From positions 310,001-374,000 of the forward strand of contig JANJGN010000189.1 in the NCBI GenBank assembly GCA_026770705.1: DNA of 64,000 nt, read 5' to 3'. A model generated the notes under the pieces. It was not told the origin of the DNA. It did no database searches and saw nothing but the letters and a program-made list of their open reading frames with translations. A program made the translations under genes and the position numbers. Below are positions 32,975 to 46,600 of this stretch, in pieces. Origin of the DNA: Isurus oxyrinchus (lineage: Eukaryota). How positions within the stretch are numbered: the first letter of the stretch is position 1; each line of letters begins with the position of its first letter.

Positions 32975-34080
32975 TGCACAGGAACAGGAAGAGGCCATTC
33001 AGCCCCTCTAGCCTCCTTCTCTATTTGACTACATCACAGCTGATCTGTATCTTAACCCCATCCACCCGCCTCGGTTCCGTGACCCTTAACCCCCGACCCA
33101 ACAACAATCTCCCAATCTCAGTTTTGAAATTTACAATTGACCCCTCCCAGTCTCGACAGCTTTTTCTGGGGGAGAGAGTTCCAGATTTCCACCCCCGCTT
33201 TGTGTGAAGAAGTGCTTCCTGACATCACCCCCTGAACGGCCTGGCTCCAATGTTAATGTTCTGCCCCCTTGTTCTGANNNNNNNNNNNNNNNNNNNNNNN
33301 NNNNNNNNNNNNNNNNNNNNNNNNNNNNNNNNNNNNNNNNNNNNNNNNNNNNNNNNNNNNNNNNNNNNNNNNNNNNNNNNNNNNNNNNNNNNNNNNNNNN
33401 NNNNNNNNNNNNNNNNNNNNNNNNNNNNNNNNNNNNNNNNNNNNNNNNNNNNNNNNNNNNNNNNNNNNNNNNNNNNNNNNNNNNNNNNNNNNNNNNNNNN
33501 NNNNNNNNNNNNNNNNNNNNNNNNNNNNNNNNNNNNNNNNNNNNNNNNNNNNNNNNNNNNNNNNNNNNNNNNNNNNNNNNNNNNNNNNNNNNNNNNNNNN
33601 NNNNNNNNNNNNNNNNNNNNNNNNNNNNNNNNNNNNNNNNNNNNNNNNNNNNNNNNNNNNNNNNNNNNNNNNNNNNNNNNNNNNNNNNNNNNNNNNNNNN
33701 NNNNNNNNNNNNNNNNNNNNNNNNNNNNNNNNNNNNNNNNNNNNNNNNNNNNNNNNNNNNNNNNNNNNNNNNNNNNNNNNNNNNNNNNNNNNNNNNNNNN
33801 NNNNNNNNNNNNNCCCACCATCCGGGGAAATAGTTTCTCTCTATCGACCCCATCGAATCCTTTATTCATCTTAAACCCCTCGATTAGATCACCCCTTAAT
33901 CTTCGAGACTCGAGGGAACACAAGCCTGGTCTGTGCAACCTGTCCTCGGGATTTAACCCTTTCAGCCCCGGGATCGTTCTGGTGACTCTGGGCTGCAGCC
34001 CCTCCGAGGACAATATCCCCTCCCTGAGGTGTGGGGTCCAGGACTGACCCCAGTGACTACAGGTGGGGTCTGAGAGGGGC
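32975..34080 (-). mobile_element. CR1 3' fragment spanning an N gap
   Basis: CSLESRRLRGDLIEGFK. Confidence 0.8.
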
Positions 34081-35129
34081 TTTAGAAAACTGTGCCAGAC
34101 ACTTCAAAAACTTCTTAAACACAACCCTGTATCGAGTGCCTTAGAATACTGGGGCCAATATTTACCCCCAACTAACACCCTAAAAACAGATGGTCTGGCT
34201 CATTCTCACATTGCTGTTTGTGGGAGCTTGCTGTGCGCAAATTGACTGTGGTGTTTCCTACATTACAACGGGGATCTGCACTTCAAAGATAGTCCTTCAT
34301 TCCCTGAGAAATGTTTTTGAACAGTGGATGCTGTGGAACAGTAGGAAACATGGCAGACAATTTCTGCACAGCAGGATCCCACAAACAGCAGTGAGATACA
34401 GACCCAGAACATCTGTTTTTTTTTAATGATGTTGGTTTAGGGATAAATATTGGTCCCAGGACACTGGGGATAACTGCCCCACCCGACTCCATACCCACCC
34501 CCTACACTTCACCCAAAAAGTGTCCATGGGGTTTTTGACATCCATCCGAGGTGTCCACTCTGTGCCTGTTCCAGGATCTTGAGGCTCAAGACCCAACACT
34601 GGGTTCACTTTGAGCCTATCCAATCAGGCACAGGGACTGTTCCCACAAACTGCCAGGCCCTGACTTAAGGCTATTGATCCCTCGCGGCATGAGAGGGATG
34701 ATGGGTTGAAGGTCATCTTTCACCCGAATCCTGTCTTAACAACATTGTAAACGCAGTGGAAAAATCCCACTGGCCCCTTGTATCTTAACAACATCGTAAA
34801 CATGACCTAAAGAATCCCCTGGTCACCCCTGAGTGTTTCTAATATTGTAAATACAGTGGATATATTTCCTCCATCTTCTGAGAGGTAAAACTATGACACT
34901 AGAGCACCACCACTGGCAGGAGGGTGTAACTACAATGTGACATGTTTACATGGGAATGTTACATTACAAATGAAGGTACATGATTGTAAATAATGAAAAG
35001 GGCATGTGATAACAGGAAATGGTGCCTTGGAGAATGCAGTTATTCACCAGAGTATGGTATTTCATTTGAAAAACAATATAGAGAAATGTCTGAGCATTTT
35101 AATTGCTTGTTTTTTATATTCATTTATGG

Positions 35130-37220
35130 GATATGGACGGAACTGGCGAGGCCAGAATTATTGCCCATCCCTAATAGCCCTTGAGAATATGGTAATGAGC
35201 TGCCTTCTTGAACTGTTGCAGTCTATGTGGTGTAGGTACACCCACAATGCTGTTAGGGAGGGTGTTCCAGGATTAGGACCCAGTGACTGTGAAGGAACGG
35301 CCGATATATTTCCAAGTCAGGATAGTGAGTGACTTGGAGGGTAACTTCCAGGTGGTGGTGTTACCATGTATCTGCTGCCCTGTAATTCGAGATGGTAGTG
35401 GTCGTGTGTTTGAAGGTGCTGCCTAAGGAGTTTTGGTGAGTTCCTGCAGTGCACCTTGTAGCTGGTACACACTGCTGCTACTGTGTGTCGGTTGTGCAGA
35501 GAGTGAATGTTTGTGGATGGGGAGCCGAACTAGTGGGGCTGCTTTGTCCTGAGTGGTGTTGAGTTTATTGAATCTTGTTGGAGCTGCACTCATCCAGGCA
35601 AGTGGAGAGTCTTCCATCACACTCCTGACCTGTGCCTTGAAGACGGTGGACAGGTTTTGGGGAGTCTGGAGTGAGTTACTCACTGCATGATTCCCAGCCT
35701 CTGACCTGCTCTTGTAGCCACAGTATTTTTATGGCTAGTCCAGTACAATTTCTGGTCAATGGTAACCACCAGGATGTTGATAGTGGGGCATTCAGCAGTG
35801 GTAATGTCATTGAACATCAAGGAGCGATGGTTAGATTCTCTCTTATTGGAGATGGTCATTGCCTGACACTTGTCAGCCCAAGCCTGGATATTGTCCAGGT
35901 CTTGCTGCATTTGGACAAGGACTGCTTCAGTATCTGAGGAGACGTGAATGGTGCTGAACATTGTGCAATCATCAGTGAACATCCACACTTCTGTCCTTAT
36001 GATGGAAGGAAGGTCATTGATGAAGCAGCTGAAGGTGGTTGGGTCTTGGACACTACCCTGAGTAACTCCTGCAGTGATGTCCTGGAACTGAGATGATTGA
36101 CCTCCAACAACCACAACTATCTTCCTTTGTGCTGGGTATGGCTCCAACCAGTGGAGAGTTTTCCCTCTGTTATGATGTGGTAGATGATGTGTGCCGGGGG
36201 ACCAAATCCACAAGGGAAACTTGGTCACACTATCACAACAGTTTTGCGATTTGTATTTATTATGAGATGTGTGCACTGAATTCAGGAGTAATGTGTCAAC
36301 CAAGACATTTAGAGATCTTAAAAATTAAATTTTAATATTTATTTAAGATTTAAAGCGCACACATAAGGATACGGTTACTACTATAACAAATCCTAAACTT
36401 CCTAATTAACCTTGAAGATGGTGGACAGGCATTGGGAAGTCTGGAAGTGAGCAGTAAAACTCCTTTTAGGCAATAAACCAAAATAGATTTTAGATTTAAA
36501 AACAGAACCAGCAAGTTAACACAGAACACACTTGAGAGTGGATTTCCAAATGGCTTTCTCGAACGACAGTCGCTGAACATAACAGACCTATGGACAAATG
36601 CCTGGAGGCTTCTTCAAGGCTGATTCACACACTCTTGTTAGATTTTACATGATCCCCAACATAGCCTTTCATTCTCCTTTGTTGATGTTTCTCTCTCTTT
36701 GATATGTAAATTTCATTGTTCCATATGTCTTTGGAATGATACATTTCCCATAATATAAAAACTTTCATGTTGCCAATGTTGTCAATAACCTTTGGGAAAA
36801 ATAAACACACTCCTTTGCCTTGCATATCGGCCTCGTTGTAAACAGACCAACAGCCCTTTGAAATCCAAACAATCCCTTCACTTACCTAAAAATTAAAATT
36901 CTCTTTCTCACCTCACATGCAAAGAAAGCCTCCATGTTCACTCATTAGCATTTCAAGTACATTTCTACACCTAGCTTCTTTTGATAATCTCAAACTTGCA
37001 GTCTACCTGACTCCAGGTGTAATTAAACCACACAGACAGACCCATCTACACTCACACCCATAAACCTAGTTTACAACAAACCAGGAAAATATTAAGCAAA
37101 TTATTATACTTTCGTACCACCCCTGATTCCCATTGACTCCAGTTTTACTCGGGATCCTAGATGCCACACTCGGTCAAATGCAGCCTTGATGTCAAAGGCA
37201 GTCACTCTCACCTCACCTTG
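35130..37220 (-). mobile_element. LINE RT fragment interrupted by a probable solo LTR (36168-37118)
   Basis: GVTQGSVQDPTTFSCFINDLP..FTDDC RT motifs; LINE sequence resumes at 37119 after a tgttatga..cgtacca insert. Confidence 0.75.
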
Positions 37221-37410
37221 TATTAACAGATGTTAAATTATACATAATTCATAAGCTTCTCACAATCTTTTACAGCATGGAAAAAGGTGCAGCATTCAGA
37301 AAGCTCACTCAGAACCAATAAAAAAAAGTTGAGCAACATCATATTTCTGTTCATTACTATTTGGCCATGTTGGCTGCACACACCCCACAGCCCCGCTCCC
37401 TGTTTCACAC

Positions 37411-37659
37411 TCAGTTTTTCTGGAACCTGATCTGTGCGTATTCCGTGTCCTCGCTCCTGTGCACAGTCCTGTCACCGCCGGGCAGCTTTGAAAAGTTGAT
37501 GTTGGCGTAGAGAAGCTTGGCGGGATTGTCGGGGTTCCCATGTCCAACATCGCCTCCCACTGGACCTTCAGAGAGATCCCGGGGAGCTGGGGTCTCCCCC
37601 TCACTAGTTGTGTCTCTGGTTGTGTTCCGGGGCTCAGTAATCAGCACGTTCTGTTTACC
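37411..37659 (-). CDS. Gene C distal terminal exon with ITIM (LLYANI) and ITSM (TEYAQI)
   Basis: ctctgtag acceptor, phase 0, 249 nt; classic Siglec tail architecture. Confidence 0.9.
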   Translation of the reverse strand, partial: GKQNVLITEPRNTTRDTTSEGETPAPRDLSEGPVGGDVGHGNPDNPAKLLYANINFSKLPGGDRTVHRSEDTEYAQIRFQKN

Positions 37660-40600
37660 CTACAGAGAAATGGAAACAGAAGATATCCTCACATCAATTA
37701 CTGGTACTGATAGGGTTAAATTATTGTGCAGCCTCATTAGTGTCAGTCGTATCTCAGTGGGTTTAACCCTTTTTTTCACTCTCTTTCTCTGTCTCTCTCG
37801 CTTTCTCTCTCTCTTTATAATTTAATCTCTATCACACTCCAACAGTGCAGCACTCCCTCAATACTGACCCTCTGACAGTGCAGCACTCCCTCAGTGCTGA
37901 CCCTCCGACAATACAGCGCTCCCTCAGTACTGACCCTCTGTCAGTGCAGCACTCCCTCAGTACTGACCCTCCAACAGTGCAGCACTCCCTCAGTACTGAC
38001 CCTCCAACAGTGCAGCACTCCCTCGGTAATGGCTCTGGTGAGTGATGGCTTGGAATCTGCACACAGGTGCCTGGTGTGAGGCTCAATAACATGAACCTTG
38101 TAATCAGAGAGAGGATGAGAGAGAGGGAGAGAGGAGGGACAGAGACAGAGTGTTATTAATCTATTAATGTTTGTATTATAAATGCAAACTGTCTTTTTAA
38201 ACAGAGGTTTAGTCTGTGTGTGTGTCTGTGTGTATTTTAATTGGATTAAAGCCAGCCAGTCTGGGTGCTTTGATGTATAGTAGTTTTCAGATGTAAACAA
38301 AGAGGTAAAGTGGTAATTTGCATTTTTAAATAAAACATTAAATGCCTGAGAGTGAAATCTTAAACCAATCAACGTTTATATTACTAATAAAATTGATACG
38401 ATGAAAGGGGATTTATTATTGGAAGAGATGGAGTTCAAAGGTCCTGATGATACATTGCGAATTTACCTTCAAACAGAAGCCATAAGACCATCAGATATAG
38501 GAGGAGAAATTAGACCATTCGGTCCATCGAGTCTGCTCCACCATTCATACATGGCTGATATGTTTCACAAACCCCATTCTCCCACCTTCTCTCCTAACCT
38601 TTGATCCCCTGACCAATCAAGAGCCCATCAATCTCCGTCTTCCTTACACTCAAGAGCTGGGTATAACTTGAGCAGTTTTGTGTGTGCAGAACAGAGGCTT
38701 GTAACATCAAAGCAGCTGTAAGCCTACACCTGTCTGCAAAGGAACCAAAGTGAAAGGAACCTCATTTGGAATTTGTGAGGTGAAAATGCTTTGCCTGGGT
38801 GTCTGCTTAAAGATAATGGGTTGTCTTAGAGGAGATTAGTTTGAGAATTTGTTAAAAATTTATGATGATACTAGTTTGTAGCCATGTGCATATGTTTAAC
38901 TTGTGTAAATTAATATATGTCTCAAGTAGTTTGATATAAAACCATCTCAAGAACTGGTGGTCTTATTCCTGAATTTAGAGCTGCATCTCAAACATTCCAC
39001 TGGGAAATATAGGTTATGACAGTTGTTTAAAGTTTCCCTCTGGGATTTTAAACAACAGCCTTTACCAGTTTCTGTGTCATAATAGAGAGACAGCATGATA
39101 CTGAACCATTGCTGACTCCACAGATACAAATCAGTGGGTAACTGGGCTGGGAATCTGGGACATGTGTTGTCTACACACTGAGATTGAAGCTTTGGAGTGA
39201 GTGTAAACAGCTCCTGTACCTGGTGCTTCACACAGAGTGAACTGGGGGTCAATGCAATGTCTCTGGTCCCTGAAACTCTCTCCTCCATCGCTGTCTTTCT
39301 CCTGCAATAACACAATATGACACTGTGGTTATCATATAGCAGAGAGTCAGTGCAGCACAGACATAGAGCACACTGTAACCTTACACCAATGACTGGACTG
39401 TCTCTTTAAATCACTTCTGCACAAAGCACAGAATCTAGAATCTTGACACCATCCAGGACAAAGCAGCCCGATTGATCTACACCCCATCCCCCACATTAAA
39501 CATTCACTCCCTCCACCATGAACACACAGTGGCAGCAGTGTGTGTACCATCTACAAGATGCACTGCAGCAACTCAGCAAGGCTCCTTCAACAGCACCTTC
39601 CAAACCCACGAACTCTACCATCTAGAAGGACAAGGGCAGCAGACACATGGGAACACCACCACCTGGAAGTTCCCCTCCAAGTCACTCACCATCCTGACTT
39701 GGAAATATATCACCGTTCCTTCATTGTCGCTGGGTCAAAATCCTGGAACTCCCTCTCTAACAGCACTGTGGGTGTACCTACACCACATGGACCGCAGCGG
39801 GTCAAGAAGGCAGCTCACCACCACCTTCTCAAGGGCAATTAGGGATGGGCATTAATGCTGACATCACCAGTGACAGACACATTCGATGAAAGAATTAAAA
39901 ATCTCACAGCTCAATGTATTTATTGTGACCCTGCTGCACACACTCCCTGTCGAAGGAGCCTTTGTGGTTCTATTGTTAATCGAAGCAGATCAGAGTTACT
40001 ACAACCACTTGCATTTATATAGCACCTTCAATGTAGCAAAATGTCCTAAGGCTCATCTGGGGATTGTTAGTGACATCTTCACCTGACTCTGAGGCACATG
40101 AGGAGATATTAGGGACAGGAGACCAACAGCTGAGTCAACAAAGTCAGTTATTAACGGGCATCTTAAAGGAGGAGCTGGAGATAGGGAATGAGAGACAGAC
40201 ACAGAAAGAAAGACAGAGACAGGGAGAGAGAGAGAGAGAGAGAGGGAGAGAGCGAGAGAGAGAGGGAGAGAGAGAGAGAGAGAGAGAAAGACAGTGAATC
40301 TCTATCCCCAATGGCTCAGCATCCAGTCCTCTCTGGAGAAGCATTTCATTCCAAACCACACCAACCGCAGCCCAATTCCATCCCTTCCTCCCTCTTTCCC
40401 CCTCTCCCCCAGTGGGTGTTTCCTGTTCCCAGGAATCTCAATCACTACCCCCACCCCCATACCTCCTCACTCACTCTCCCCATTTCTCATTCAGTTATGC
40501 TCGAACCTGATCTGTGCGTATTCCGTCTCCACTTCCCTGTGGACAGACCCATCACCACTGGACATCCTCAAGACTTGGGGATTGGCCTAGAGAAACTCTT

Positions 40601-43600
40601 CAGGTTTGTCAGGGTTCCCATGTCCAACATCGCCTCCCACTGCATCTTCAGAGAGACCCCAGGGAGCTGGGGTCTCCCCCTCGCCAGTTGCGTCTCTCTT
40701 TGTGTTCTGGGGCTCAGTAATCAGCACGTTCTGTTTACCCTACAGAGAAATCGAAACAGAAGTTATCCTCACATCATTTACTGGCACTGATAGGGTTAAA
40801 TTATTGTGCAGCCTTGTTAATGTCAGTCGTGTCTCAGTTGGTTTAACCCTCTCTCTCATGTCATATGAAAGATACCACCTATGGCAGTGCAACGCTCCCT
40901 CAGGACTGACCCTCCGACAGTGCAGCACTCCCTCAGTACTGACCCTCCGACAGTGCAGCGCTCCCTCATTACTGACCCTCCGACAGTGCAGCGCTCCCTC
41001 AGTACTGACACTCCGACAGTGCAGCACTCCCTCAGTACTGACCCTCTGTCAGTCTTGCACTCCCTCGGTAATGGCTCTGGTGAGTGACAGTTGGATTCTG
41101 CACTCAAGTGTCTGGTGTGAAGCTCATTAACATGCACCTTGTAATCAGAGAGAGGATGAGAGAGAGAGAAAGAGAGAGAGAGAGAAAGAAAGGGAGGTTG
41201 GGATAGAGAGAGAGACTGTCATGATGCGATTAATAAATATCATGTTATTGGAAATTATTTTTATTCACATCGGGGTTTAGTCTGTGGGTGTGTCTCTGTG
41301 TGTTTTAATTGGATTAAAGCCAGCCAGTCTGGGTATTTGATGTATAGTAGTTTTGAGATGTAAACTGAGGCATAAAAATTTGTATTTTTAAACAGAGCAT
41401 TCAATGCCTGAGAGTGAAATCTTAAACCAATCAACATTTATTTTATTGATAAAATTGATACTATGACAGAGGATTTATTGTTTGAAGGGATGGAGTTCAA
41501 AGGTCCTGATGATACAATTAGAATTTACATTCAAAGAGAAGAGCTGGGTATAACTTGAGCAGTTTTGTGTGTGCAGAGCAGAGGCTTGTAACATCAAAGC
41601 AGCTGTAAGCCTACACCTGTCTGCAAAGGAACCAAAGTGAAAGGAACCTCATTTGGAATTTGTGAGGTGAAAATGCTTTGCCTGGGTGTCTGCTTAAATT
41701 CTATGGGTTATCTTAGAGGAGATTAGTTTGGGAATTTGTTAAAAAGTTATGATAATACTAGTTTGTAGCCATGTGCATATGTTTAACTTGTGTTAATTAA
41801 TAAATGGCTCATGTAGTTTGATATAAAACCATCTCGAGAACTGGTGGTCTTATTCCTGAATTTAGAGCTGCATCTCAAACATTCCACTGGGAAATATAGG
41901 TTATGACAGTTGTTTAAAGTTTCCCTCTGGGATTTTAAACAACAGTCTTTACCAGTTGCTGTGTCATAACAGAGAGACAGCATGATACTGAAACATTGCT
42001 GACTCCACAGGTACAAATCAGTGGGTAACTGGGCTGGGAATCTGGGACACGTGTTGTCTACACACTGAGATTGAAGCTTTGGAGTGAGTGTAAACAGCTC
42101 CTGTACCTGGTGCTTCACAGAGAGTGAACTGGGGCTCAATGCAATGTCACTGGTCCCTGAAACTCTCTCCTCCATCGCTGTCTTTCTCCTGCAATAACAC
42201 AATATCACACTGTGGTTATCATATAGCAGAGAGTCAGTGCAGCACAGACACAGAGCCCACTGTTAGCTTACACCAACGACTGGACTGTCTCTTTAAATCA
42301 CCTCTGCACAAAGCACAGAATCAAGACGCTTGACACCATCCAGGACAAAGCAGCTCGATTGATCCATACCACATCCACCACATTAAACATTCACTCCCTC
42401 CACCACGAACACACAGTGGAAGCAGTGTGTGTACCATCTACAAGATGCACTGCAGCAACTCAGCAAGGCTCCTTCAACAGCACCTTCCAAACCCACGACC
42501 TCTACCATCTAGAAGGACAAGGGCAGCAGACACATGGGAACACCACCACCTGGAAGTTCCCCTCCAAGTCACTCACCATCCTGACTTGGAAATATATCAC
42601 CGTTCCTTCACTGTCGCTGGGTCAAAATCCTGGAACTCCCTCTCTAACAACACTGTGGGTGTACCTACACCACATAGACTGTAGTGGGTCAAGAAGGCAG
42701 CTCACCACCTCTTTCTCAAGGGGCAATTGGGAATGGGCAATTAGTATTGTCCACGCCAATGACAGCCACATTCGATGAAAGAATTTAAAATCTCACAGCT
42801 TAGGAGGAAGCCACTCAGCCCATCGTGCCTGTGCTGGCCTTTTGTAAAAACTGTCCAATTAGTCCTAAGCAAATGTTTAGATTAAAATCAAGTTAAATCT
42901 TCAGACTTACTTTCTCACACAGATGAAGATGAAGATTCCAGCCAGGAAAACACTCAACATGATCCCAGCCGTGAACAATCCTACTGTCCATTTACTGGAG
43001 TCTCTACCTGTAAAAACAGCCATTAATTACTGCACTACAGGTTTACAATGATGCTCCGATGTATCTCGAGAAGCGATACACTCACTCAATGTTTAAATAC
43101 TCATTCTCGGGCAATGCTGACATTTATTGTCCATCCCTAGTTTCCCCTTGAGAAGGTGGTGGGGGGTCTTCCTCCTGAACCACTGGTTTGTCCCAAACTG
43201 GAAGACCAGTTCAGAGGGCAGGTAAGAGTTAACCATGTTGGTGTCTGAGACTGGAGTCACATATACACCCAGACCTGTTAAAATGGACAGGTTTCGCTCC
43301 CTTAAGATCATTAGTGACCCATATTATATATGTAATTTCTATATATATGTATCAACTACCCTCCCTAAAATAATCAATTATCACCTCAATTTCACGCTGT
43401 TGTTTGTGGGATCTTGCTGTGCACAAATCAGCTGTTGCGTTTCCAACATGATAACAGTGAGCTCACTTCGAAACTGCTTTACTGGTTATCAAGAGTTTTG
43501 GGAATTCCTAAGTATTTTATCAACGCAAGTCTTATATTTCGATTTAATCCATGTAACATTTATATATAATATTTATCAATGTGATCCCTATAGCATAAAT

Positions 43601-46600
43601 TTATAATATTTATCAATATAATCTATGTAACATTTATATATAATTTTTATCCATTTAATTTCTGTAATATTTATATATAATGTTTCTCGATTTAATCCAT
43701 GTAACATTTATATATAATATTTATCAATGTAACATATGTAACATTTATATATAATATTTATCCATTTAATCTGTGTAACATTTATATATAATTTTTATCA
43801 ACGTAATCTATGTAACATTTATATAAAATGTTTCTCGATGCAATCGATGTAACATTTATATATAATATTTATCAATGTAATCTATGTAACATTTATATAT
43901 AATGTTTCTCGATGTAATCTATGTAATGTTTATATATAATATTTAGTCGTTTGGGAGGAGAACCTGAGTATTGCTGAGAAAGGACATTTTGTCAAAGCTT
44001 TCTGTCTTGCACCCAATGAAGCAGCTTATCTGGGGGAGAGGGTTCCAGATTTCCACTCCCCTTTGTGTGAAGAAGTGTTTCCTGACATCACCCCCTGAAC
44101 GGCCTGGCTCCAATTTGACCAAGTGTTGCCATTGTCACATGAGGTCAGGTGATTCAAAGCTTGGTCAAAGGGTTATGTTGTAAACAGCATCTTAGAGGAG
44201 GTAGAGAGAGAGGTGGAGTGGTTGAGGGAGGGAATTCTCGAGTTTAGGGATCAATCCAGCTGAGTGGAGATCGATCCTGAGCGAGTCTCTCACCTTTGAC
44301 CCACAGATACATCTTGAACATGGCTTCCCCATGTGGGTTTTGAACCGAGCAGGATGCAATCACTCCCCCCTCATCCTGGGGTCTCATCAGGGTGAGGAAA
44401 CCAGTCACCAGATGCCCATCTCTGACCTGCCACGACACAAAACCTCCGTGTGTTTGGTTACCACTGATGTTCGCACTGGGCAGGTGCCAGGTGAGGTCTC
44501 CGGGTGGGTTGGAGGTGGCCACACAGACGCAGGTGACCCCCTCTGATCTCCGAGTGCACTCCGACTGCTGGGAAATCTCCGGCTTATCTGAGGAGGGAAG
44601 GACAACAATGAGACAACGTCATAGCAAAGTTAGAGCGTAAGATAGAATCTTCACACTGAAACACTCATTCCTGCCTTTGTTACCTCTGCACTCAACTATC
44701 CCAACACTCTCCTGCCCGACCTCCCATCTTCCACTCTCCGTAAACATCAGCTCATCCCAAACTCTGCTGTCCCCATGTCCTAACTCACACCGAGTCCCGT
44801 TCACACATCACTCCCTGTTGGTCACTGAGCTACACTGGCTCCCGGTCCGACAATACCACAATTTTAAAATTAACATCGTTTCAAATCCCTCCTTACTCCC
44901 TCCCTATCTCTGTAACCTCCTCCAGAACCTTCAACCCTCCCTATCTCTGTAACCTCATCCAGCCGCTTCAACCCTCTCTATCTCTGTAACCTCCTCCAGC
45001 CCCTACAACCTTCCTTATCTCTGTAAACTCCTCCAGCCTCTACAACCCTCCGAGATCTCGATGCACCTCCAATTCCAGCCTCTTGACCTTCCCCCGATTC
45101 CTATCGCTCCACCATTGGCAGCCGTGCCTTCAGCTGCCTGGATCCTAACCTCTGGAATTCCCTCCCTCATTTCTCACCTCCTTCGGACAAAATCTGACCA
45201 CCATCAAAAGCATCTTCCCTTCACCCCCACCCCGTTGGCATTCCACAGGGATCATTCCCTCCAGGACACCCTGGTCCACTCCTCCATCACCCCTAGCACC
45301 TCAACCCTCTCCGATGACATCTTCCCATGTATTTGCAGAAGGTGCAACACCTGCCCCTTTACTTCCTCCCCCCTCACTGTCCAATGACCCAAACACTCCT
45401 TCCAGGTGAAGTAGCGCTTCATGCAGACTTCCTTCAATATAATCTACTGCATTCATTGCTCCCAGTGTGGTTTCCTCTACATTGGAGACACCAAACACAG
45501 ACTGGGTGATCGCTCTGATGAACACCTTCGGTCTGTCCACAAGCATGACCCAGACCTCCCTGTCGCTTGCCATTTTAACACCCCACCCTGCTCTCTTACC
45601 CACATGTCCGTCCTTGGCCTGCTGCATTGTTCCAGTGAAGCCCAACGCAAACTGGAGGAACAGCACCTCATCTTCCGACCAGGCACTTTACAGCCTTCCG
45701 GACTGAATATTGAGATCAACAATTCCTGGTCATGAACTCTCTCCTCGATCTTCACTGCTTTTTGAACTTTTTTTTATGTATTCATTTTAATTGTTTTATT
45801 TGTTAACTGTTTTCCACTTATTTTTATTATTACTATTTGAAATTCATTTCCATTTTTCTTGATTGTTTTATCCGCAGATTTTAGTCTATTTTCGATCTTT
45901 ATTCCCTCCACCGTCCCCTCCCCCTGCCACACCCCCACGAGGGCCATCTGTCTCTTTCCAGAGTGCTTACCCTGGTCCGCCCATTATCACACTCTGCTTA
46001 ATGTCACCATTAGCACCTCCTTTATCCAATACCACCACTGTTAACAACCCTTTGACCTTTTGTTTATGACATCTTCCACAATCTCTCCATTGCCTCCACC
46101 TATCGCTGGTTTTCTATCCAGCTCCACCTGTCCCATCGCCCCCCCTTAGACAGGATATATTTCACCACATGTCTACTTCCCTTTAGCTCTGAAGAGGAGT
46201 CTTACGGACTCCAAACGCTAACCCTGTCTTTCTCTCCACAGATGCTGCCAGATGCTCAGAATCAGCTGGATGGACAGAAAGACCAATGAGTGGCTTAGAT
46301 CAAGAGGAGAAGTTCAGCAATTAAAAGGGTTGTTCAGGACAGTTAGAGAGAGAAAGGTCGTCAAGTACGGAGATTGGAAACGAAGACCTGACAGCCTTGT
46401 CCTGACAACCATTGAAGGAGAAACTGAGAGCAAAAACAGAAAGGGAGAGGAAAAATTGGGTGTGTGGATAACGTGGACTGAGCGAGGATTGAAGAAAACT
46501 GGATTAAAAACAACACGATCCCAATGGCTCCACGGAGACCACAGAGACAACAAACAAACAAATGTATCTCCACACTCACGTTCCACAGTGATGGTTATGA

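Larger units (their letters stand above)
37400..42800. repeat. Tandem duplication (~2.3-2.5 kb units, 37400-39911 and 40490-42800) of the gene C tail cassette
   Basis: Both exons, the 33-bp array, an LTR-like insert and a LINE fragment are all duplicated collinearly. Confidence 0.95.

Noticed and set aside
27114-34047. ORFs spanning X runs
   Set aside because: Artefacts of N gaps and CA/GT microsatellites.
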